From positions 29,497,830 through 29,561,829 of the forward strand of contig NC_069001.1 in the NCBI RefSeq assembly GCF_001194135.2: a DNA stretch of 64,000 bases, written 5' to 3'. Positions 54,460-64,000 of this stretch are shown in pieces; positions within the stretch are counted from its first letter, which is position 1, and each line of letters begins with the position of its first letter. Source of the stretch: Octopus bimaculoides. Taxonomy: Eukaryota. Both the position numbers and the translations under genes were made by a program. The notes beneath the pieces are model-generated. The model was given only the letters and a program-made list of their open reading frames with translations. It searched no databases and was not told the origin of the DNA.

Positions 54460-55548
54460 GAATTAAAATCTAACGAAGGTATATAATAAATATCAGAAGA
54501 AAAATATAATGATGCATATTCTGAAGTAGTAGTTTCATTAATTTATGTTATTCTATTTCTCACATTCAGGTACTGTTTCTACGATGTCACTTCTACACGC
54601 AATATATATATGAATCTATAGGATGGTAATAAAGCCACATAGCTACGGAAGGAAAATAACCTAACCCAGAAATTCCTTCGATCGAAACTACGCCCTGCTA
54701 AGCTAACGGGACACTTGGTAAATTAATCACCGGTGAAACACTGTGGTCGATGTAATCGATTTACTTCCTCACCCAAAATTGTGCATATAGTAGAAAGGAA
54801 GGAGAATATTTTATTAATTCCAACTGTATTCGGCATTTTTCTTTATATTTTATTGAGGTTTAACAATCCCAAATTGATGAAATTTAAATTAAGATAGGTG
54901 CTCTTCCAGATTTGAGCTGAGAAAGGAAAAGCTCATCGGTAATTGTCATAAGCATTTTCATCCGTTGTTCTTACATCCACTACAAATCCAAATAATATCT
55001 CCCTTCTAAATAGTATTTCCTTCAAATACATCATTGTACAAGGGGCTAATAGTAATTGCCTAACATTAAATATTACGAAAGCTGTGTTTTCACATTTGAT
55101 TACCCTCACTTTCAAATTATTATTACAACAACACATTGAAAATTATTTCCAATTCCACAACTGCTAACTAGCGCTTTACAAGTTGCATTAATTCTGAAAA
55201 TTGTTTCAAACGAAAATTACAAGTAAATAACCATGTAACTAATAATAATCAACAATCACAACTAAGTCCCACTTAACACCAACCAGCAATTACAGACCAA
55301 GTAATGTTGGAAAGCGTTGATTGCTCTTATAAATGTGTGAAACGTAATGCTAGAAATAGCAATGCTAGATTCTAGGGAATCACAGATCCACCTGGAAATA
55401 AGAATACTAATCTTTTTTACGATGTGATTGGTAAATTCAAGTTTACTTTTAAAACTTCCAATAAGTTAGACGTTCATGTTTATTTACCAGAAATTTCATT
55501 CTCTATCTGACACATACACACACATTCAAATATATATGCGTATGTATA

Positions 55549-55599
<51 letters not shown>

Positions 55600-55989
55600 N
55601 NNNNNNNNNNNNNNNNNNNNNNNNNNNNNNNNNNNNNNNNNNNNNNNNNNNNNNNNNNNNNNNNNNNNNNNNNNNNNNNNNNNNNNNNNNNNNNNNNNNN
55701 NNNNNNNNNNNNNNNNNNNNNNNNNNNNNNNNNNNNNNNNNNNNNNNNNNNNNNNNNNNNNNNNNNNNNNNNNNNNNNNNNNNNNNNNNNNNNNNNNNNN
55801 NNNNNNNNNNNNNNNNNNNNNNNNNNNNNNNNNNNNNNNNNNNNNNNNNNNNNNNNNNNNNNNNNNNNNNNNNNNNNNNNNNNNNNNNNNNNNNNNNNNN
55901 NNNNNNNNNNNNNNNNNNNNNNNNNNNNNNNNNNNNNNNNATATATATATATATATATATGCATGCATACAGATGCATAGATGACGGTA

Positions 55990-56140
55990 AACTTATATTC
56001 TTTTCTACTCTAGGCACAAAGCCCAAAATTTCTGGAGAAGGGGCCAGGCGATTAGATCGACCCCAGTACGCAACTGGTACTTAATTTATTCACTCCGAAA
56101 GGATGAAATGCAAAGTCAATCTCGGAGGAATTTGAACAAT
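55990..56140 (-). mobile_element. SINE family 2, 5'-truncated
   Basis: ttcttttctactctaggcacaa…gatcgaccccagtacgcaactggtac as at 16603. Confidence 0.8.
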
Positions 56141-56174
56141 GTCGACAAACTTCTAGATATAAGGAAAATAAATA

Positions 56175-56428
56175 AATAAATGCGCCCTTTTAAAGCCTAG
56201 CCATGCTCATGGGACCAGTTTCCCGGTTTGATTGGCGTATGTGTTCCCAGCTGGACAGAAAGCCAGCCCATCACAGCGTTACTCATTTTTGCTAGCTGAG
56301 TGGACTGGAGCAACGTGATAGGAAGTGTTTTGCTCAAGAACACAACGCGTCGCCCGGTCCAGGAATCGAAACCACCATCTTACGATCATGGTTCTGACAC
56401 CCTAACCACTAGTTCACGCGCCTCCACC
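56175..56428 (-). mobile_element. SINE family 3 head, tail type C
   Basis: Clear A/B boxes (tagtggttag, ggtttcgattcc); tail ccagctggacagaaagccagcccatcacagcg. Confidence 0.85.
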
Positions 56429-58284
56429 TCACCTGGTATTACTGTAACTTTAAATTAGGTATAGTATTCCAGTCTGTCCTTGGTCTTGTGTCATCTGAGC
56501 CCAAACAACGTCGCATTGGAATGATAGCTGTTGAAACTCGTGTAAGCTGCAAGCGATCTTGTTTTCTGTTATTCTTCCCTCCCCGGATGTATTGTATATA
56601 ATACAAGTGTCTCTCTATGTTTGTCACCAAGAAACTTTTAAAATGTGAACTTAATCCTACTTTGCATTATAACATCAATACAATACTTTACTAATGCGAA
56701 AGTAATTCATTAATAAAATTAGCTGTACAGAATTCATTATTCCTTTGAAACCAGTTATTGAAACTGGCTGTAGTACTAATCAACGTTTGTTTTACAAATA
56801 CCTTGAGCTATTCAAGTCTGTAGTCGGCCGTAAAATGGGTTTTCTATGTAAAGACAAATACCTCTGTTTTTGATCTCTCTATATGTGTTCACAATTCTAC
56901 TCCAAACAAGAGATTCTGCTTCAAATGGTCCATTGAATATCTTTCGTAAAAAGTTCCTATTTAACGATAATTTAGGACATTTTCATTTACGGTATTCAGC
57001 ACGTGATATATCATTGTTCTGGCAAAAGTTAGTTGTTCGCTTGTGGACTTTACATTGAATTATATATTACAATATTACGATGTGTAAAAGTATTTTGATT
57101 CGGCATTTGATTTTAGACTTGAATAGTAAATTGTTGATAAGGTCAACCAGGCTGCATTGAATGTGCATTGCTATCACAGAACATGTGATTCTTATCTCTA
57201 CAAGCACGTAAATTAACGTGATATATGTTTTCTCGATTTATTTGTTTCAATATATCTCTCCGTCTTCTCTAAATTGCTACTAAACGCGGCAGGGTTTTGT
57301 TCGCCGTCTCTCATGCCGCGAGAAATGTCAACACAGGAAGACCTTACTGCTTATATCACCAACTAGACATTCTTTAATTTAATTACCCTAGGACATTATA
57401 CTTTTCTGTTCCCATTCTTTCCCGTTGTCTCTAACTTCTGCTGAGAATAGAACGTATTATAATTTGCAGTGCTTTTACGTAACCTATATACAGTTTTTCA
57501 AATGCATGATTACAAATCGCTAAACCATAACATCGTGTAGTCCAGAGCTCATTAACCTACCTGCAGTTTTGAATTTAATCTCATTAGTGAATTAATTAAG
57601 ATCATTTAATATGCAGCGTTGTTGCAACACCAAATATTTTTAATGGGCGTTAAAATATTCATTTAAACATTGGCGTTACTAAACTTTGTAGGATGTTTGA
57701 TCTCTGAATGCGTTGACAGTGGTTCAATGGAATGGTTTCAGATAATAATCATTTATAATATTGACGCAAAGGCAATAACAGTTTGGAAACATTATCGAAA
57801 ATAAAACTTTTTAAATGCCTATCTTTGTGGACACACGGAAAAAGAAGTGAAAAATTGGTATTCGATATGACTGGTGGACGATAAATTTTCTTGCTATATA
57901 TTTTTCTCCTACCGTATCTGTCGATCTATCTATTTTCCATTGGCGATGAACATAGATTTCCAATCCATGAGAAAAGAATTATACATGAGAGAAATAGAAA
58001 TTTAAATCAACCTTTGTACGTCATTTCATTGTTTCGCCGCGTATGTATTGCGTATTATCAAATGACTTTGAACAATGAAATTAAATTTGATTAGACGCTT
58101 AATATAAGGCAACATTCTGGCACTGACTAGGTAAATAATAATAATAATAATAATAAAAGAAGGGAGGTGCAGGAGGATGATGAGGTGAAAAGACATTTAA
58201 TAACAACTATTCCTAAGTTTGGCACCAAATGAATGTTGTGGAGGAGAAGTGGTTAGCCGATGCCATCGACCCAGTATACACTTC

Positions 58285-58480
58285 GATGCTAAGAAATTGA
58301 AATGCAAAAGATGTGGCATCTTAAAGCGAAAACGATTCCAGTTATTGTAGGTGCATTACGTATGACAAAAAAATGGATGTCAGAAACACCTAGATAAGAT
58401 CATCCCATGTCTCAGAGAAAGCCAAATGATTGTGCTAATAAGTACTGCCGACATCCTTAGAGAAATCCTATACATTTAAA
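58285..58480 (+). pseudogene. RLE-type (R4/Dong-like) LINE C-terminal fragment
   Basis: EIEMQKMWHLKAKTIPVIVGALRMTKK…SQMIVLISTADILREIL (frame-shifted) matches the IPVIVGALG…GTAHILR motif. Confidence 0.72.
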
Positions 58481-58539
58481 TGCCTGCGTTGTATTTTATA
58501 CGAAGATATTTCGCTACCGCTCCTCCCACTTACTCTGTC

Positions 58540-59035
58540 CAAGCTGTCAGTCAAACTGTAAAATAGTTGAATTTTAGGGGCAGGGGTTGTCTGTTACATC
58601 GCCGAAGGCTCAAATTGTACTTATTTCATCAGCCCCGAAAGGACGGGATTCAGGTATCGACTAAATTTGAACTCCAGCCGTGGAAACTGAGGAGATACGT
58701 GCAAGTACGTATAGCACGTATAAAATGTAAAACAATAACAATAAACAATTAAACATTAAATGTTCCCGCAAAGAACTCTGCATATACTGGGCATGATAAT
58801 CACCAAGGACGCTTCAGACAGGTTTCTCTTTCTTTTCTTCATTCACTCCAGCTTCCAGAAATATGTTCAAAGTATCGGTTTAGTAGGATTTTGACCTTCT
58901 TTTCGTTCTCAGTTCAACTATTACCGAGGTCAACTTTCCCTTCACCATGTTGGGGTCGATACAATAGGTCCTAGTCGAAGAAAACAACCTACCGACGTGT
59001 TGTTATTTCTGGCCTTGTGTCAAAATATCTGAAAC

Positions 59036-59070
<35 letters not shown>

Positions 59071-59290
59071 TATAAGGCAGCATGCTGGCGGAATCATTTA
59101 CACGCCGGGCAAAATGCTTAGCGGTATTTCGCCCTTCACTATGTTCTGAATTCAAATTGCGCCGAGGTCGACTTTGCGTTTCACCTTTTCGAGGTCGATA
59201 AATTACGTACCAGTGAAACACGTTGTTCGATTTAATCGACAAGTGCCCTCCCATCAAACTTCAGGCCTTGTGCTTATAATAGAAAGTATC
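58540..59290. mobile_element. Three SINE family 2 copies or fragments: 58540-58700 (-), 58870-59035 (+), 59072-59290 (+), the last within (ATT)n
   Basis: ccccgaaagga…aaatttgaactc; gaggtcaactttcc…ggggtcgat; aaaatgcttagcggtatttcg…gccgaggtcgactttg. Confidence 0.7.
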
Positions 59291-59656
59291 ATCATTATTA
59301 TTATTTGTATTATCATTATTATTATTATTATTGCTATCGGCATGATAATCGTCACAGTTACAATGAAGTAAAATGGTGAGCATTAAGAATAAAGAATAAA
59401 GATGGCGGAGCTGTTGTCTTCAAGAGCGTGCAGATGAAGGCGGAGAAGAGGGAGATTGCGAATGCTTCGAAGAAAACAAATACAGAGAGAGAGAGAGAAA
59501 TAGATGAAAATATTTGTAATGTCCGTTGTAGTTTGATGACAGAGGATACTTCACTTACAAAGGTCAGTAACGGAGGTAACCTCCAGGGTGACGTTTAGCT
59601 ATTAATCATCATGGCATCGGTAGATATTGTTATTATTCCCCCGATGCAAGATTTAA

Positions 59657-59693
<37 letters not shown>

Positions 59694-60300
59694 GTGTACA
59701 TCTCTTCTGGTTTAGCCGTTAGCCGCTATTTTCTTTCTAAATATATTTGCTATTCTTCATTCTCCCTCTGATGTCCTGGTCAAAGAATAATCTATATAAA
59801 TGTTCAATATCTGCGTTCGTTAGAAAGCTCCAGTTATGCTATATTTTGGCAGACCCATAATGCATGGAAACTAATCCAATCAAAAACATGATAGCTATCA
59901 CTTGTATTACGACGTACAATATGCCATATACACGCCAAAATAACTAAAATATCAATGGCCTATCTATATTAATTCTCTGTTCTACTTTGCCAACTTCCTA
60001 ATACCATATATATTAAAGATCATTGCTTTCTGTCAATATGTGAGACTGCATTCTACATCAATAACTCCGCTTGTAAAACCTGCGAATGTGTTGCTTTCAT
60101 AGTCCTGAAGGAATTACGTTTGTGTGGCAAACGTTGTACATTATTTGTTGAGAACTATTGTTTTAGGGGAACCTGCCCTTTATCTATATTTTGGACCAGT
60201 CATACAATTTAAGGACGATTCGATGCATTGCCGTACTCTTTAGAACAGGTGCAAAGCAACACATGTTCTGCTTATTGTAATGTATGCGGCATAAATATTT

Positions 60301-60540
60301 TGAGGCGGGTGGGTTAATAGTTTGGGTGTTGTACTAATAGTCGTAAGTTTGTGGTTTCGAATTCCGGACAGGGCAATGCGTCGTGTTCTTGAGCAAAGCA
60401 TTTTATTACAATCTGATGCAATCCACTTAGCTGGTTAAAAGGTGTTACCTCGTACAGACGGCTGACCCGTTCTGGGGGTAATTACGTTTCAGAATGCAGA
60501 CAGCCGAACTCGTAGACCTATGGCTCCAGAGAGACTTTTG
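60301..60540 (+). mobile_element. SINE family 3 head, tail type D
   Basis: gtggtttcgaattccgga…gtgttcttgagcaaagca…atccacttagctgg; tail acagacggctgacccgttctggggg. Confidence 0.7.
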
Positions 60541-60809
60541 ATATCTCTTTCGTATTTTCTTTTCGATATCACATACTATATATTTTATCGATTATGAAAG
60601 GAAGAAGATTTCCAAGATGCCTATTAGAGTTTGAGAGCCATATATTTTTGCATATTCAGTTTTTATAGTGATTTCTCTTAAACGACACGCCTGTACATCT
60701 GAAACCGCCATGCTCAAATGTAAGTTTGCGTTTGCTAAATTTAGGAAAATATACCGGCGCACCACAGTATTCATACTATATATTGCGGTATTGTATGGCC
60801 TGGCTTCAA

Positions 60810-60975
60810 ATTTTGAGATAAGGTCAGCAATTTGGGCAAAAGAGCAAGTCAATTATACTGGCACATGTACTTAATCTATCGACTCCGAAAGGTAAAATCG
60901 ATCTAAGCAGAATTTGAACTCAGAACGTAAAGACTTACGAAATGCCGCTAAGCAATGCGCCCGGTGTGCTAACTA
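60810..60975 (-). mobile_element. SINE family 2
   Basis: gaatttgaactcagaacgtaaagac…aaatgccgctaagca. Confidence 0.75.
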
Positions 60976-61138
60976 TATCTTATAAACTTGATTCACGTCA
61001 CCACAAAACAATTGTATACTTTATGTAACATCTTCATGAATTATTACAAGTGAATTATTTCTTGAGGTGTCCTGGGGAAATTTTGAAACTGGATTCTCAT
61101 TCCTAAGATATTTTTCGATGTTTTTAATATTATTATTC

Positions 61139-61212
61139 AGGTCACTGCTTGGAATCGAACTCGGAATCTTGGGGTTAAAAGCTCGCGCTCTTAACCACTA
61201 CGCTATATGCCC
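61139..61212 (-). promoter_or_regulatory. tRNA-derived Pol III head inside the PLE pseudo-LTR
   Basis: GGGCATA-TAGCGTAGTGGTTAAG (A box)-agcgcgagcttttaaccccaagattcc-GAGTTCGATTCC (B box)-aagcagtgacct; the acceptor stem does not close, so it is not a functional tRNA. Confidence 0.7.
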
Positions 61213-61241
61213 GTGGGCAATTATGGAGTGAATTTTAGGGT

Positions 61242-62025
61242 TTATAAATCTAATATTTTTCTATCCTTCCTCAATACCTGTTCCCATATGCTGCTCACAT
61301 CTGCACTCGGCCTGCTTAAGGGGTTGTTCTGTCCTAGCATATGTGCGGCTTCTTTTAGTTTCCGTATTTTCCAGTGGTTTTCTCTGTCTATTATTTTAAC
61401 TTCACTCCACAGGGGGAGGTGGCCTCCACTTTTCCATACATGATAAGCTATAGCCAATTTATCAATATCTCCCCGTGTCACAGCTTTGCGATGTTCGTCT
61501 ACCCTTATTTTGAGGGTGCGAAAGGTTTCGCCTTTGTATAACCTACCGCAGCTTAATGGGATGGAGTACACACAGCCTTTGGTCACATTCTCTTCAATTG
61601 GTGGTTTTACTAGAAGGAGATATTTGTGAAGTGTTGTATTACTCTTGAATGCTGTCCTAATGTCATATCTTTTGTATCATTTCGGAGAGGCCTTTCACAT
61701 AGGGTAGACATACTGTGGACAGTTTATTGACCTCATATTCTCTCTTCTTCATAATTGGAGTGGATAGTTTACTTTTGGGGTAGTTGTTACTTAACAGACC
61801 GTTGTTCAGCATGATCATTTTGGGGTATGTATCACGATCGCTACTTATATTCTTTGCACGATGTTTTACTCATTGAGCAATCCCTCTCTTTACACTGTAT
61901 GGATGGTGGGAATTGAAGTTGAGGTATCATCCAGTGTCTATACTAAAGTAAATAGATTCTACAACGGTCAACATTTCCATCAAGTTTCTTATTGTTATAC
62001 TAATGCGTTCTTTTAGATGGATGAC
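61242..62025 (-). pseudogene. PLE RT (C-terminal remnants) plus open GIY-YIG endonuclease domain (61242-61586)
   Basis: LKERISITIRNLMEMLTVVESIYF joined directly to DTG*YLNFNSHHPYSVKRGIAQ (RT core deleted), NNYP, VCLPYVKGLSE, then GCVYSIPLSCGRLYKGETFRTLKIRVDEH…WKIRKLKEA. Confidence 0.9.
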
Positions 62026-62187
62026 TGTCACTTAACCACTACGCCATATGCCAACGGGCTACTAACTCCAAGATTCCGAGTTCGATTCCAAGCAGTTACC
62101 TGATTAATAATAATAGTAATAATAACAATAAATAATAACATCGAAAAATACATTAGGAATGAGAATCCAGGTTCGAAACATCCCCAA

Positions 62188-62233
62188 GACACCTGATGAA
62201 GGCTGGAGGGTATGTCGGCCGAAACGTTATGTT
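62188..62233 (+). ncRNA. Minimal type-I hammerhead ribozyme motif
   Basis: GACAC-CTGATGA-A-GGCTG-gagggtatgt-CGGCC-GAAAC-GTT-ATGTT: intact core, 5-bp stem II, palindromic AACGTT stem III (dimer type), stem I 4 bp with one C:A mismatch next to the core. Confidence 0.75.
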
Positions 62234-64000
62234 AACAACAAACACGATGAGGACAAACATCCGTAAGATATAAATAATGTACATAATTTCTCATGTCTTA
62301 AATACAGAACAGACATACATTTCTTGACAAATTAACAGGATTAGCAAGATAGCCTGATACAGTACTTGATCTTTTCCTTCTTATGGATTATACACTAAAT
62401 ATTAATTTCGACAAACTAGGAACAGAAGTTCCAAAGAACGAAATACAATTACAGAAATATATTCTTTCATACAGGGTAAAGCTTGTACACAATACTCGTT
62501 AGTGTTTTATGTTCAGATGTAAGCTTTTGTGCGCAGCTTCTCTACCGCTGCTTCATAATTCATAACATTTTGATTCTATATTGTGAAAATACTGTAACAG
62601 ACAGAAATGTGAAATTAAAAAAAAGACAAAACACAAAAATGAACCTATTTGTTTCCAGCATTAATTCGAATTATCCAGTAATATAATTAGAATGAATATA
62701 ATCAAATAACATTAATTTCCATTTCGAAAAAAGAAAATACGATGAAATTAATTCTGAACAAACAATAATATTCCTGCAGAAGTTATTTTTATTTAGCAAA
62801 TTTTTGCGTCATATTTTTTAAAATTATATTTATGTATATATTGATTAATTAGTTTCAGAATCTCTTTTATCATTAGCTGTAAATAATTTCACTAATTTGT
62901 CATTACTTTTTGTGCAACGGATGCAATTTTATGAAACAATAAAATCATGTACGCAAATACATACATATGTATGTATGTACCTAGGTACTTTCAATCATGC
63001 GTACACACATACGGTCATATGCAGATGTATATTCTTCATGCAGATATTTCAATATCTTTTGTGAAGAAAGAACTCGGTAGACAATATTTTTTCATACTGA
63101 TGCACAGAAATATTATTATTATAGTTGCTCATCACGATGCATCCGTCATATTATTACTACCTGACAGTCGTACGTTGCACCACTTCGCGTTTGAGCAGAC
63201 ATGGGCACATTTACTTCTGTTTGCTCTGGTAGAGAAGCGCTCCGCTACTTTGGCACTCTATTTATTTTTCTATACCCATTGTGAGGAGAATCATGTACGA
63301 TATGATTGGTGTTTCGCAGACATTTGCAGATACTGCGACGACATCGCCAGTGTTTCCTTGTCATTGAACAGATGTGTTCACCTGTGAACAGGTATCGTCG
63401 ATGTTTTCTGTAGGTCGTCCCCTTCACTGAGCTGCAGTCCTGTGTCAACTGTCGAATGAAGCAGTGCCCTTAGAACCAAGAAAATCATCATCTGGGCTTG
63501 CTGAAGATGCACGCACACCGACGAAACTGTCTCGATGAACTTGTTCAGTGTATGAGCAATGCTGACCTGTGAACTCGGCTACGATAACTGCTGTCCCTTG
63601 AAGAACAGATCCAGCTATCTACAGAATCCATAAAGAAAATCCCTTAGGGCAGTGTTTTTCTATCTGCTGGCCTTAATAAATATTGTCTGATGACGGAACA
63701 GATTGAAAGAAATAAAGCCAGACACGGTTCGCTTTGTCCAAGCGGTCATCAACTTTTTTTTGTTTCCACTTTACACAAAAATTAGTATTCAGATGTAAGT
63801 GATGCATTCCAGGAAATTTGTAGAAATGTGGCTGAATGGAGCAACAAGTGTCCTAGTGTCAGGCATGCTCTTACTATGAGACTTTAAATTGGAAGAGGAA
63901 GATTAGGATGGGGCACTTGCTTCTCTGATTAGGGTGACCGGATTTTAGTTGCGTATCTATGAACAACTATCCGAATTGTCTCTTCCTTTGGGAATATCTT

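Larger units (their letters stand above)
2958..55940. other. Twelve assembly gaps: 2958-3110, 8092-8199, 15223-15286, 18923-19311, 26168-26414, 30918-31308, 39669-39678, 42035-42164, 43880-44565, 50146-50155, 50456-50494, 55600-55940
   Basis: N runs; 11 of 12 open inside TA-type microsatellite. Confidence 0.98.
61060..62310 (-). mobile_element. Penelope-like element (Poseidon-type), internally deleted, with 3' pseudo-LTR and inverted 5' pseudo-LTR
   Basis: RT remnants and GIY-YIG domain on minus; same repeat unit at 61060-61230 (-) and 62054-62310 (+). Confidence 0.88.

Noticed and set aside
18778-56084. Long ORFs spanning N gaps and YIYI/HTHT/LSLS/RERE ORFs
   Set aside because: Artefacts of gaps and dinucleotide microsatellites.
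61139-61212. Possible tRNA-Lys(TTT) gene
   Set aside because: Acceptor and anticodon stems do not pair, and the sister copy has a different loop (ctactaa); it is a repeat-borne tRNA-like head.

Overview
AT-rich, microsatellite-dense eukaryotic draft-assembly DNA with 12 N-gaps, most of them opening inside (TA)n runs. The repeat content looks like a coleoid cephalopod such as Octopus; this is an inference from repeat style, not a database match. I recognise no intact host protein-coding gene, rRNA, true tRNA or CRISPR array, and most ORFs in the track are microsatellite or gap artefacts. The window is mainly decayed mobile DNA. It holds more than 20 tRNA-headed SINE copies from 3-4 families, a full-length Tc1 (DD34E) element with TIRs, a DD41D-like deletion derivative, DD37D and hAT/Buster fragments, the 5' part of an L1/Tx1 LINE, two R4/Dong-like LINE tails and a Penelope-like element (PLE). 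The most interesting signal is a ~280-bp unit made of a tRNA-like Pol III head, a (TAA)n linker and a minimal hammerhead ribozyme. It serves as the pseudo-LTR of the PLE at 61.0-62.3 kb and also occurs as solo copies at 6.7-7.2 kb and 27.9-28.1 kb. A second, unrelated sequence with the same hammerhead architecture lies at 3.7 kb. A few splice-flanked micro-exon candidates exist on both strands but are weak. SINE boundaries are approximate, read by eye.
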